A program made the translations under genes and the position numbers. From a virus, in IMG/VR virus record IMGVR_UViG_3300030107_001446, positions 1 through 64,000 of that record: a DNA stretch of 64,000 nt. One strand, written 5' to 3'. Positions 19,462 to 29,060 of this stretch are shown here, piece after piece. The notes under the pieces are model-generated. The model was not told the origin of the DNA, did no database searches, and worked only from the letters and a program-made list of their open reading frames with translations. Position 1 is the first letter of the stretch; every line of letters begins with the position of its first letter.

Positions 19462-20829
19462 ATGTTTAACGCAGAAGCACTTCAGGAAAAGTGGGACCCA
19501 ATTCTAGAGCATTCTGAGCTCGATCCTATTAAGGATACCTATAGAAAAGCGGTAACATCAGTCCTCCTGGAGAACCAAGAAAGATTTTTGAAAGAAGAGA
19601 GAGGTCTCGTAACTGAAGCAGCACCTACCAACTCACTTGGTGGTACTGGTTACTCAGGAAGTAGCACCGCTACAGGTCCTGTTGCAGGTTTCGACCCAGT
19701 TCTAATTTCATTAATCCGTCGTAGTATGCCTAAGCTAATCGCTTACGACATTTGCGGAGTTCAACCAATGACAGGTCCTACTGGACTTATCTTTGCAATG
19801 AGATCCACAAAAGGCACAAACAGAGATATCAACAACAGTGCAGTTGAAACATTCTTCAACGAAGTTGATACCGAGCATTCATCTGAGAACAGTGGCAACA
19901 GTCTTGCTTCTAATACTCAGACAGGAAGCAACCCAGGTCTACTAACTGACGGTGCAGGACAATACACCATCGGTGGTCAGGGTATGACTACTGCTCAGTC
20001 TGAAGCATTAGGTGACGCAGCTGGCAACCACTTCAACGAGATGGGATTCTCGATTGAGAAGGTTACTGTTACTGCTAAGTCACGTGCTTTGAAAGCTGAG
20101 TACAGTTTAGAGCTTGCTCAAGACTTGAAGGCAGTTCACGGACTAGACGCTGAGTCTGAATTGGCAAACATCCTCTCAACAGAGGTACTTGCTGAAATCA
20201 ACCGTGAAGTTGTAAGAACAGTCTACAAGATCGCTCGCCCAGGTGCACAGAATAACACAGCAACAGCTGGTGTTTTTGACCTCGACGTTGACTCAAACGG
20301 AAGATGGTCAGTTGAAAAGTTTAAGGGACTACTTTTCCAAATCGAAAGAGACATGAATGCCATCGGGCATGAAACTCGTCGTGGGAAGGGCAACATCCTC
20401 ATCTGCTCTGCTGATGTGGCATCTGCTCTCTCTATGGCTGGAGTTCTCGACTACTCTTCTGGCATCAATGGTGCTGTAGGAGGACTAGGAAACGTAGATG
20501 ATAACTCTTCTACTCTTGTTGGAACCCTAAACGGACGCATTAAGGTCTATGTTGACCCTTATTCAGCAAACGTAAGTGACGCTCACTTCTATGTTTCTGG
20601 ATACAAAGGTAGCTCTGCATATGACGCAGGATTATTCTACTGCCCTTACGTGCCATTACAGATGGTCAGAGCTGTAGGACAAGACACCTTCCAACCAAAA
20701 ATTGGATTCAAGACTCGTTACGGAATGGTCGCAAACCCATTCGCAGAGGGTCTAACCCAAGGTCAAGGTGCTCTAACTGCTAATGCTAACCGTTATTACA
20801 GACGTGTTAGAGTTAACAACCTAATGTAA
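19462..20829 (+). CDS. gp23: Major capsid protein gp23
   Basis: GVQPMTGPTGLIFAMR, KSRALKAEYSLELAQDLKAVHG, FQPKIGFKTRYG. Confidence 0.98.
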   Translation: MFNAEALQEKWDPILEHSELDPIKDTYRKAVTSVLLENQERFLKEERGLVTEAAPTNSLGGTGYSGSSTATGPVAGFDPVLISLIRRSMPKLIAYDICGVQPMTGPTGLIFAMRSTKGTNRDINNSAVETFFNEVDTEHSSENSGNSLASNTQTGSNPGLLTDGAGQYTIGGQGMTTAQSEALGDAAGNHFNEMGFSIEKVTVTAKSRALKAEYSLELAQDLKAVHGLDAESELANILSTEVLAEINREVVRTVYKIARPGAQNNTATAGVFDLDVDSNGRWSVEKFKGLLFQIERDMNAIGHETRRGKGNILICSADVASALSMAGVLDYSSGINGAVGGLGNVDDNSSTLVGTLNGRIKVYVDPYSANVSDAHFYVSGYKGSSAYDAGLFYCPYVPLQMVRAVGQDTFQPKIGFKTRYGMVANPFAEGLTQGQGALTANANRYYRRVRVNNLM

Positions 20830-20851
20830 TAATATCGATTACGATATCAAC

Positions 20852-20878
20852 AAAAAGACCCCTCTGGGGTCTTTTTTT
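20852..20878 (+). terminator. Intrinsic terminator after gp23 (probably bidirectional)
   Basis: AAAAAGACCCC-TCT-GGGGTCTTTTT followed by further Ts. Confidence 0.88.
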
Positions 20879-20919
20879 ATGCTAAGACACCTAAATATTA
20901 GTGTAGAATAGGTATAGCC

Positions 20920-21084
20920 ATGAACGGCAGACTGGACAAAGTTGCTATGACCTCTAGACTTATGCAACTCAAAAGAGAACTGCACTACAAGTGTGAGATC
21001 GGAGAGAAGGGTGAGTGGGAGTGTAAAGGTGCAGATGAATATTTAAATAGGACACTGGACGTACTAGACGAATATTGGATGTAA
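20920..21084 (+). CDS. 54-aa hypothetical protein
   Basis: Read manually: MNGRLDKVAMTSRLMQLKRELHYKCE...; CTAAATA lies upstream at about 20891. Confidence 0.55.
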   Translation: MNGRLDKVAMTSRLMQLKRELHYKCEIGEKGEWECKGADEYLNRTLDVLDEYWM

Positions 21085-21099
21085 TGATACAATACACAT

Positions 21100-21414
21100 A
21101 TGACAGAAGAAATGATCAGAAAGATCTCCTATACAAAGGAGGAGGTCGATATACTAATTGCTGAGGCAGTTGCAGAAGCACGACGCATCGATGAAGAATC
21201 CATGCGTAAGCATAATCGTGACGCTACTATCATCAGTATGATTCTGGGATTCACATGTTTAGCATTATTTGTTGATGGTTTATTAAGAATCTTAGGTATC
21301 ATCCCACCATTTATGAATATTGATGTTGATATAATCGATCAGATTGTAGAGAGAGTAGAGAATGATGTTATACCACAAGTTGAGAAGTATAAGAGTTATA
21401 TACCACGGATATAA
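21100..21414 (+). CDS. Hypothetical membrane protein
   Basis: Central hydrophobic segment (IISMILGFTCLALFVDGLL). Confidence 0.6.
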   Translation: MTEEMIRKISYTKEEVDILIAEAVAEARRIDEESMRKHNRDATIISMILGFTCLALFVDGLLRILGIIPPFMNIDVDIIDQIVERVENDVIPQVEKYKSYIPRI

Positions 21415-21416
21415 AT

Positions 21417-21602
21417 ATGTTAAGCAAGGACTATAGACTTAGACTAACAATCATTGCCTGTAAAACTAAACTTAACAGGGAAGTTAGTCTGGAAGATAGG
21501 ATTTGGGCTCAGAAATTAGTTGAGCATAACAATCATGCCAGAGGAATCTGGGACCGACTAACGTATAGATATGACAACCTGGAACAAGCAAATAGAGAAT
21601 AG
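21417..21602 (+). CDS. Hypothetical protein
   Basis: MLSKDYRLRL...DRIWAQKL; directly follows TATAAATA. Confidence 0.55.
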   Translation: MLSKDYRLRLTIIACKTKLNREVSLEDRIWAQKLVEHNNHARGIWDRLTYRYDNLEQANRE

Positions 21603-22125
21603 AAACTTCCTATCACCCATAGGATTTAAGTTTTCTATTGCAAAATTTCCAAAAGTATCTTACTTCTGCCAGAGTGCTAACATTCCTACCTTGAATTTAA
21701 ATATTCAAGAGCAACCAACACCTACTAGACAGTTACCTTTAGAAGGTTTCTGTACCTATGACCCACTTACTATCTCATTCTTAGTGGATGAGAATATGGA
21801 AAACTATTTGATTCTCCATAACTGGATACGTGCACTAGGTACACCAGAGTTTGGTACTGAAAGAGGAGAGTATTTAAATAAATTCAGACAGAATTTTGGT
21901 GGTAATTTACTCTATGCAGACGCTACATTGTTTGTATTGAATAGTAATTTCCAACATAACTTTGATGTAGTATTTGAAGACTTAATACCAACAGGGTTGA
22001 ATGCATTGGAATTTAATGCTACAGTAGATGGTACTGAATATGCTATGGCACAGGTATCATTCCGTTACTTGGCATACGAAATCAGAACTAAGGAAGATAC
22101 GAAGCGGAATAAACAATTAGATTAA
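21571..22125 (+). CDS. gp3: Tail completion / sheath stabilizer gp3
   Basis: NFLSPIGFKF, YFCQSANIP, FLVDENMENY...HNWIRALG. Confidence 0.88.
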   Translation: MTTWNKQIENRNFLSPIGFKFSIAKFPKVSYFCQSANIPTLNLNIQEQPTPTRQLPLEGFCTYDPLTISFLVDENMENYLILHNWIRALGTPEFGTERGEYLNKFRQNFGGNLLYADATLFVLNSNFQHNFDVVFEDLIPTGLNALEFNATVDGTEYAMAQVSFRYLAYEIRTKEDTKRNKQLD

Positions 22126-22568
22126 TGAATCTTGATAAAATTGAAGAGTTATGGAAGAAGGATTCACAAGCATTCTTTGACCATAGGGAGTTACCAGAGT
22201 TGCTTGCCAACGATAGTATGGAAACACCTAGACTCCATGCAAAATATGTGCAATTACATAATGAATTTAAACTCATGCTATCAGATGCTGAGGTTAAGTA
22301 TAAAAAATTGCTAAGAGAGAAGTGGGAATATTACTCAGGTAAAGCACCATCTCATGTATACAAAGAAAATCCTTTTGATTTAAAGATATTAAAGGGTGAC
22401 CTTGACATGTACATCCATAGTGATACTCAGATGTGCAAGGCCAAACAAAAAATAGATTACCTAGAAACTTGTATAAATTGTGTTGATAGGATTCTTAAGC
22501 AGATCGATTCACGTGGGTTTGCCATCAAGAATACTATTGAAATTGTTAAGTATTATGGAATTAGGTGA
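22125..22568 (+). CDS. uvsY: Recombination mediator UvsY
   Basis: KWEYYSGKA and IDSRGFAIKN; synteny gp3-uvsY-uvsW. Confidence 0.88.
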   Translation: MNLDKIEELWKKDSQAFFDHRELPELLANDSMETPRLHAKYVQLHNEFKLMLSDAEVKYKKLLREKWEYYSGKAPSHVYKENPFDLKILKGDLDMYIHSDTQMCKAKQKIDYLETCINCVDRILKQIDSRGFAIKNTIEIVKYYGIR

Positions 22569-24025
22569 CACTCATCTACAAAAAGAATGAAGTCTTTCTG
22601 AAAGTAGAGGCAGAACCCCATCTACATAAGGAATTATCTGATCATTTCCAGTTTGAAGTGCCTGGTGCAAAGTATATGCCAGCCGTCAAACGTAGATATT
22701 GGGATGGAAAGATAAGACTTTACTCACCTGGTACAGGAGAAATATATTGTGGTCTATTTGATTACCTAACTGATTACCTAGAAGAAAAGGGGTATGATTA
22801 TAAGGTAGTAGAAGATAAATATTATGGTAGACCTAACGAAGTAGAAGAATATGTCACACCTGAAGGCACAGCGGCTTTTATTCGTGCTCTTAGGATCCCC
22901 TTCAAAATCCGAGATTACCAACTGCGAGGAATTTACACAGCGATTAAATTTCGTCGCAAGCTTTTACTATCCCCTACAGGGTCAGGTAAATCTCTGATAA
23001 TATATGCCTTGGTACGTTGGCACTTATTAAAGAAGAGGCAGATATTAATTATTGTTCCTACGGTCTCGCTTGTAGAACAATTGTATAAGGATTTTGTAGA
23101 GTATGGTTGGAATGTCAGGCATTATGTCCACAAGATTAGTGCGGGTGAAGAGAAGTATGTTGATAATCCAGTCGTTATTAGTACTTGGCAGAGCATTTAT
23201 AAAGAATCCAAGAAGTTCTTTGAACGTTTTGATGTCGTTATCGGGGATGAAGCACACTTATATAAAGCTAAGTCGCTCACTGGCATCCTCACGAAGTGTT
23301 ATGATGCGAAGTATAAGGTAGGACTAACTGGTACCCTAGACGGTATGGAGTCGCACCAACTGGTGTTAGAAGGACTCTTTGGTAGGGTAGATAGGGTCAC
23401 CAATACAGTTGAATTGATGAAGAAAGGACATCTTACACCATTAAAGGTGCGTTGTCTAGTCCTTAAGCATGGGTGGGTACCCTTTGACCATTACCAACAG
23501 GAGATGGATTACCTATGTATGCACACCAAGCGTAGTAATTTCATCTGTAACCTAGCACTAGACCTAGAAGGTAACACATTGGTGCTTTTTAACTACATAG
23601 AGAAACACGGAGAACCACTTTGGGAATTACTAAATAGTAAAGTAAATAAGGATCGTAAGATCTTTTACATACACGGTGGTGTAGATGCTGTTGAGAGAGA
23701 AGAAGCAAGAAAAATTTGCGAATCCGAAAAGGATGCTATAATAATGGCATCATATGGAACTTTCTCCACTGGTATTAATATCAGAAACTTACACAATGTT
23801 ATCTTCGCATCCCCTAGTAAGTCTAGGGTGAGGAATCTACAGTCTATAGGACGTGTTTTAAGGAAGGGAGACAATAAAGCACAGGCAGTGTTGTATGACA
23901 TTGCTGATGACTGCTCTAAAGGGTCTCAATATAATTACACTCTTCGTCATCTTGTCGAAAGGATGAAGATATACGATGAAGAGGAATTTGATTATGATAT
24001 AACTAAAATCAACTTTAGGAAATGA
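22565..24025 (+). CDS. uvsW: SF2 helicase UvsW
   Basis: RDYQ, SPTGSGKS, GDEAH, GLTGT, QSIGRVLR. Confidence 0.95.
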   Translation: MTLIYKKNEVFLKVEAEPHLHKELSDHFQFEVPGAKYMPAVKRRYWDGKIRLYSPGTGEIYCGLFDYLTDYLEEKGYDYKVVEDKYYGRPNEVEEYVTPEGTAAFIRALRIPFKIRDYQLRGIYTAIKFRRKLLLSPTGSGKSLIIYALVRWHLLKKRQILIIVPTVSLVEQLYKDFVEYGWNVRHYVHKISAGEEKYVDNPVVISTWQSIYKESKKFFERFDVVIGDEAHLYKAKSLTGILTKCYDAKYKVGLTGTLDGMESHQLVLEGLFGRVDRVTNTVELMKKGHLTPLKVRCLVLKHGWVPFDHYQQEMDYLCMHTKRSNFICNLALDLEGNTLVLFNYIEKHGEPLWELLNSKVNKDRKIFYIHGGVDAVEREEARKICESEKDAIIMASYGTFSTGINIRNLHNVIFASPSKSRVRNLQSIGRVLRKGDNKAQAVLYDIADDCSKGSQYNYTLRHLVERMKIYDEEEFDYDITKINFRK

Positions 24026-24456
24026 TTAATTATATTAAACATGAGCAAGAATTCTACGGTATAATAAAGTTACGATCAGGTGAGACCGTTATGGGATCCA
24101 TGATTGCTACCGAAGAAGACTTTCAACCAGGTAAAACGGTATTTTATATACAAGAACCTGCTACTCCAGTTAATCATCAAGTGGAGAAGGAGGGACAGCC
24201 AGGTATGGCGGTAGGTCTTATCAAGTGGATGATGTTTTCCGATGAAGATTTCTACATGGTTAATGAAGATGATGTAATAACTTGTGCTCCCATGGCAATG
24301 GAAGCAGTATTAATGTATAAAATGTGGTTAAGAAAAGAGAAGGGTGGTAAGAATTCAGACGTTGAGATTGAGATGAATAAAAATATGGGACTTGTTGGTA
24401 AGGTCTCTGACTTTAGATCTAAATTAGAAGACTTCTGGAGACGCACTAACGCTTGA
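24022..24456 (+). CDS. Hypothetical protein between uvsW and gp55 (possible Sm-like fold)
   Basis: YGIIKLRSGETVMG beta-rich start; synteny. Confidence 0.6.
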   Translation: MINYIKHEQEFYGIIKLRSGETVMGSMIATEEDFQPGKTVFYIQEPATPVNHQVEKEGQPGMAVGLIKWMMFSDEDFYMVNEDDVITCAPMAMEAVLMYKMWLRKEKGGKNSDVEIEMNKNMGLVGKVSDFRSKLEDFWRRTNA

Positions 24457-24481
24457 CATAACTACATTAGTTCCTTATAAT
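24453..24481 (+). promoter_or_regulatory. Sigma70-type promoter of gp55
   Basis: TTGACA (24453-58), 17 nt, TATAAT (24476-81): perfect consensus. Confidence 0.85.
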
Positions 24482-24501
24482 GAATCAGGTGAGATAGAGA
24501 T

Positions 24502-24981
24502 ATGGCAAGAAAGGTGGCACGTAAACAGAAACAACATTACGTTGACAACAAAAAGTTTTTAGAAGAGATCATTAAGTATCGCCAAGCGGTTGATGATGCT
24601 CGTGCTTCCGACTGGGATAAACCTGTCATATCAAGATATCTTGCTGAATGTTTTTTAAAAATAGCAACACACTTATCATATAGACCTAACTTCATTAACT
24701 ATATGTTTAAAGAGGATATGATATCCGATGGTGTTGAAAATTGTGTCCAATATATTGATAACTTTGACCCAACTAAATCTAAGAATCCCTTTGCCTATTT
24801 CACACAGATAATATATTACGCTTTCTTAAGAAGAATAGCAAAAGAGAAGCGTCAAATGGATATCAGAGATAAACTCATAGAAAAGAGTGGATATGATCAA
24901 GTATTCCATTCAGATGATAAAGATAACCATGCTGATATGAATCAGATTAAAGGTCGTATCGAAACTAATATGCGACAGTGA
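24502..24981 (+). CDS. gp55: Late sigma factor gp55
   Basis: HYVDNKKF, EDMISDGVENC, NPFAYFTQIIYYAFLRRI. Confidence 0.95.
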   Translation: MARKVARKQKQHYVDNKKFLEEIIKYRQAVDDARASDWDKPVISRYLAECFLKIATHLSYRPNFINYMFKEDMISDGVENCVQYIDNFDPTKSKNPFAYFTQIIYYAFLRRIAKEKRQMDIRDKLIEKSGYDQVFHSDDKDNHADMNQIKGRIETNMRQ

Positions 24982-25172
24982 TGTATGAATTAACAGAGGA
25001 GGAGTGGGAATGTGTGAGAGTATGTTTATCTAACGCACCCATACCCTATGACATTAGTATGAAGAAGATACCAGCTGATATCCTAGCAAAGATAGGTGAA
25101 CCAACACCACGTAAGGGTGAACCTTTAGTGGTGGCAAAATATGATCTAACACCATACGGAATACATGACTGA
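24978..25172 (+). CDS. Hypothetical protein
   Basis: 64 aa; overlaps both neighbours. Confidence 0.5.
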   Translation: MMYELTEEEWECVRVCLSNAPIPYDISMKKIPADILAKIGEPTPRKGEPLVVAKYDLTPYGIHD

Positions 25173-25806
25173 TTTATGGGCTGGTTATAGGTCAGCAGTC
25201 TTTGATGCGTTTCCTGACCTAACATTTGAATCTAATCATGCAACGTGGGAGAATAAGAAAGGAGTTAAGTTAACTGCTGACTTATACAGTGGTAAATACT
25301 TCCTCAAGTCTAGGCATGTAGATATATGGGACGGAAAAAATCTTAATATACACAACAATATAATATATCCTAAGACACCACAGGTAGGAGACGAGATAAT
25401 CCCTTGCTTTGGTATGGACTTGATGGGATTTAGTGAGAAGAAAGTTATAATAGTATTTGATTTCCAACATCCAATAGAGAATTATCTGTATGAGGTAGAC
25501 AGTCTACCATTTGCAGAGAAAGATTATAGATTCTTTGAGAAGGGTAATCATTTTTCAAAGAATATTTACGTTAGATACTGTAAAGCATCAGAGGTAGATG
25601 ATTTTCTACCAATGTTTAAGACATATCTAATTTGGTATAAGCATTTAATAGATGAAGGAAAACCTACTGGAGAAGATGGTAACTTTTACCATGACTTTGA
25701 TAAGTATATGATTAAGTTAGACCCTATATCAGGGTATCTAGGTAGTGCCTTCGGTAAAGAAGAGTCGGAGAAAATAATCAGGGAATTCTTTTTTAGTTAT
25801 GCGTGA
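25165..25806 (+). CDS. pebS: Phycoerythrobilin synthase (ferredoxin-dependent bilin reductase)
   Basis: IIYPKT, PCFGMDLM, KKVIIVFDFQHP, YRFFEKGNHFSKNIYVRYCK and DFDKYMIKLDP match cyanophage PebS as I recall it. Confidence 0.9.
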   Translation: MTDLWAGYRSAVFDAFPDLTFESNHATWENKKGVKLTADLYSGKYFLKSRHVDIWDGKNLNIHNNIIYPKTPQVGDEIIPCFGMDLMGFSEKKVIIVFDFQHPIENYLYEVDSLPFAEKDYRFFEKGNHFSKNIYVRYCKASEVDDFLPMFKTYLIWYKHLIDEGKPTGEDGNFYHDFDKYMIKLDPISGYLGSAFGKEESEKIIREFFFSYA

Positions 25807-26506
25807 GTTAACAGAGGACATAGGTGGATTAATCCTTAGTACTATTGAGGATTTACCTGATGTAGAACCATTACCAAGTAATCATAGTATAGTTGAGAAG
25901 GATGGTCTCACCATTCGTAATAGAATGTTTAAGACACCTGAGTTAAGGAAGATTCATATAGAAGAAGCAGAGATAGGTGGGATAAAGATACTACATTGTG
26001 TATTTTTTCCTGATCCTCACTATGCTATACCTATATTTGGATGTGATATTGTATCCAATGGTAAGGTAGTTACTGCTGCTATAGTTGATGTCTCTCCTGT
26101 GCATGGTGTTGGTGAGGAATTCTATAGTGAGATAAGAGATCTTAGTAACAAGTTTACCTTTAGTGGTAAGAGAGCACTCCCACTATGGGGTGATGAGATC
26201 TTCTCACCCTACTGTAAGTTCACACGTTTGAGTGAAGAGATTGATAAGGCAAACTTTTATTGTATAGTGCTCCTATATCTTAAGGAGTATCGTGATATAG
26301 TACTCTCTAGTGAGAGAGATACCTTCTGGGTTAATACCATGAAGAGATTGGATGACCAGATATGGTACTGCGAGAGTCAGAAGCGAAATGATAAAACTCG
26401 TGGTATACTAGAGAAGTGGTTTGACAAAGACTGGACAGATAATTATATGAATGAGGTATTATTTGATGCACCAACTGCAAAATCTATTTCAAGTACCAGT
26501 ATATAA
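25799..26506 (+). CDS. pcyA: Phycocyanobilin:ferredoxin oxidoreductase
   Basis: RKIHIE, ILHCVFFPDP, PIFGCDIV, AAIVDVSP, YCESQKRNDKTRGILEKWF, YMNEVLFD are PcyA motifs. Confidence 0.88.
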   Translation: MRELTEDIGGLILSTIEDLPDVEPLPSNHSIVEKDGLTIRNRMFKTPELRKIHIEEAEIGGIKILHCVFFPDPHYAIPIFGCDIVSNGKVVTAAIVDVSPVHGVGEEFYSEIRDLSNKFTFSGKRALPLWGDEIFSPYCKFTRLSEEIDKANFYCIVLLYLKEYRDIVLSSERDTFWVNTMKRLDDQIWYCESQKRNDKTRGILEKWFDKDWTDNYMNEVLFDAPTAKSISSTSI

Positions 26507-27038
26507 AGGACATTTAGAGCAGGATTTTAAGATTCCTGACCTATGGAGTGGTCTTAGTAAGAATGTATGGTCTGGTGAAAGTGGATTCTCCACAGCACAG
26601 TGTGACCTACAACTGCATGATAGTAGTGTGGAGGTATGTGATGTCATTGAGGCACTATTTCCTCATGTAATAGAGTATTGGAATACCTTAGGGTATGCAC
26701 CTGCTCAGATAAGACCAACTGCATCATGGGCTAATTGGCATGAAGCAGGAGACCATACCTCAGAACATTCACATTGCGATGGCACTAGACAAACTCACAT
26801 AGCTTCGGTATACTATATTGAAAAGGGTGAAGGTGGAGATATCGAACTGATAAATCCATTGGATTATATCCATAGGCTAACACCACTTGCGGGAGAGCAG
26901 GGTGATATGCTAATGTCGGAAAGTATAAAGTGCGTGAGTGGTGACTTCCTATTGTTTCCAGGATGGTTACGACACCGTACACAAATCACACAGTCACCCA
27001 GAAAAGCATTAAGTATAAATTTTAACGGTTATCTATGA
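26466..27038 (+). CDS. 2OG-Fe(II) oxygenase (TIGR02466-like)
   Basis: WANWH...EHSH, ASVYY, LFPGWLRH, RKALSINF. Confidence 0.8.
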   Translation: MHQLQNLFQVPVYKGHLEQDFKIPDLWSGLSKNVWSGESGFSTAQCDLQLHDSSVEVCDVIEALFPHVIEYWNTLGYAPAQIRPTASWANWHEAGDHTSEHSHCDGTRQTHIASVYYIEKGEGGDIELINPLDYIHRLTPLAGEQGDMLMSESIKCVSGDFLLFPGWLRHRTQITQSPRKALSINFNGYL

Positions 27039-28063
27039 AAGTCTTATTAATAACAGACCAACACTTCGGTGTCAGAAATGACAACGTGCACTATGTTGAT
27101 AGGTATCGTAAGTTTTATACAGAAACTGTCCTTCCTATCATTGATAAGGAAGGTATAACAGAGATATTATGTCTTGGTGATACCTTTGATAGAAGAAAGG
27201 GGGTTAACTTTAACTCTCTAGAAGCAGCAAAGGACATGTGGTTTAGACCTCTAAAAGATAGGGGTGTAAAAATGACAATGTTGCTAGGTAACCATGACAT
27301 CTATTTCAAAAATACTCTTCGGGTTAACGCTCCTGACCTTCTCCTTGGGGAGTTTGATAATATTGAGATCATTTATTGTCCAGGTGAGAGGCTTATAGGT
27401 GGTAAGAAGATGATGCTTGTCCCTTGGATCTGTGAAGAGAATAGGGATGCATGTTTTGAAGCAATATCAGAGACAGATGCTGAATATTGCATGGGACACT
27501 TTGAATTAAATGGTTTTGAACCAGTTCCTGGTGTCGTCATGGAGAAGGGGGAAGACCCAAACAAACTATCTAAGTTTAAGATGGTATGCTCAGGTCATTT
27601 CCACTGTAAAAGTACTAAATCTAACGTCCATTACCTAGGTAATCCATGTCAACTCTACTGGAATGATTACGGTCATGATCGTGGGTTTCATATACTAAAT
27701 ACTAATACCACAAGACTTAAGTTTTATAAGAATCCTTTCGAGACATTCCATAAAATATACTACACAGGCAACAAGACAGAGATTCCTACTGGTTTAGAAG
27801 GAAAGTATGTTAAAGTTGTAGTTGAAACGAAAGGAGACCAGTTAATTTTTGATCATAAGATGCGTGAGTTACAGGACTCTGGTCTCGCTGACCTCAAAAT
27901 AATTGAGGACATGTCTTATGATACAGATGTATGGGATAACGTAGGTGATATTGAATTAGAAGACACTCTGACCCTGTTAGAGCAGTCTTTAGAGGATATG
28001 CCTAATAAGGATAATATATTTAATATACTGAAGTCATTATATATGGAAGCATCGGAGGTATGA
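27035..28063 (+). CDS. gp47: Recombination endonuclease gp47 (Mre11/SbcD-like)
   Basis: ITDQHFG, LGDTFDRR, LGNHD, GHFEL, SGHFH. Confidence 0.95.
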   Translation: MKVLLITDQHFGVRNDNVHYVDRYRKFYTETVLPIIDKEGITEILCLGDTFDRRKGVNFNSLEAAKDMWFRPLKDRGVKMTMLLGNHDIYFKNTLRVNAPDLLLGEFDNIEIIYCPGERLIGGKKMMLVPWICEENRDACFEAISETDAEYCMGHFELNGFEPVPGVVMEKGEDPNKLSKFKMVCSGHFHCKSTKSNVHYLGNPCQLYWNDYGHDRGFHILNTNTTRLKFYKNPFETFHKIYYTGNKTEIPTGLEGKYVKVVVETKGDQLIFDHKMRELQDSGLADLKIIEDMSYDTDVWDNVGDIELEDTLTLLEQSLEDMPNKDNIFNILKSLYMEASEV

Positions 28064-28794
28064 TCTCCCTAGATAAACTTAGAGCAGACATTAAAGAAGT
28101 AACAGATGACTATGAAGGTTTCCTCTACGAGATAGACGTAACTACCTTCGCTGAGGACAATAGATTTTCTAAACAAAAACCTATACCTGATAGACCACCT
28201 GAGACTCCTCCTAAGTCTGTACTCGTAATGAGTATGTTTAGCTATGTCGGTGGTGATTATTTCTATTCACATGAGATAGTCCCACGGATATATGATCATC
28301 TCAATAAAAAATATAATGCTGAACGTATATGGTTCCAAGATGATGGATATGTGTTTGATCGTAAGCAATATGCTATGAGGTCAGGGGTGGCCAAACTAAC
28401 CAAACCCTCTATCACTTTCCATCATAAGTATGGATTGAATTGGAAGTTAGAATTACTGTTTACTAACCTTGAATTTGAGGAATCGGTGACAGTTGAAGAA
28501 AGTTTATATGATAACTGTATAGGATGTGACGCACCATGTGAATCTAATTGTCCAGAAGGGTGCAGGATGAATTTTAAGTTGCTCGACTGGGAGAAGTGTG
28601 CTAACGTAGTTGAAGGAAGGCATATATTCATGTATCCTGAGAGAGTATGTAGAATTTGTCAAGATAGTTGTCCATATTCAGAAGAATTAAAACTTAAAAT
28701 ACTTGAAGACCATCCTGATTGTGGTGGTTTTATGCAACCCTTATCATACTATAAGGACTATTACTCTTTAGGCATACCCGCAGAGGACATTTGA
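28060..28794 (+). CDS. QueG / reductive-dehalogenase-like iron-sulfur protein
   Basis: CIGCDAPCESNCP, WEKC and CRICQDSCPY Cys clusters; AMRSGVAK...HHKYG...LELLFTNL resembles the QueG A-x-x-AG-x-G...G...L-x-T segment. Confidence 0.6.
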   Translation: MISLDKLRADIKEVTDDYEGFLYEIDVTTFAEDNRFSKQKPIPDRPPETPPKSVLVMSMFSYVGGDYFYSHEIVPRIYDHLNKKYNAERIWFQDDGYVFDRKQYAMRSGVAKLTKPSITFHHKYGLNWKLELLFTNLEFEESVTVEESLYDNCIGCDAPCESNCPEGCRMNFKLLDWEKCANVVEGRHIFMYPERVCRICQDSCPYSEELKLKILEDHPDCGGFMQPLSYYKDYYSLGIPAEDI

Positions 28795-29060
28795 TGTTTG
28801 TGCTATTAGATAAAAAAACTGGTGGAGTATATGCGGTCAGGGATGATGACCATACTGAAAGAGTTGTTCAGATATTCCTTGACAAAGATGACGCATCACG
28901 TTATTATGATATGTTGAAGGCCGATGATTATCCTAGGAAGTTATCGGTGACTGAAATAGGAGAGGAGCAGGTAAAAGAAAACTGCACCATACATGGGTAT
29001 GCCTTTACTATGATTAGTCCAGATGAATTTGTAATACCTCCCCCACAAGACGGTAAATGA
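28791..29060 (+). CDS. Hypothetical protein between gp47 and gp46
   Basis: GVYAV...FLDKDDASRY...VIPP; coupled to both neighbours. Confidence 0.65.
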   Translation: MMFVLLDKKTGGVYAVRDDDHTERVVQIFLDKDDASRYYDMLKADDYPRKLSVTEIGEEQVKENCTIHGYAFTMISPDEFVIPPPQDGK

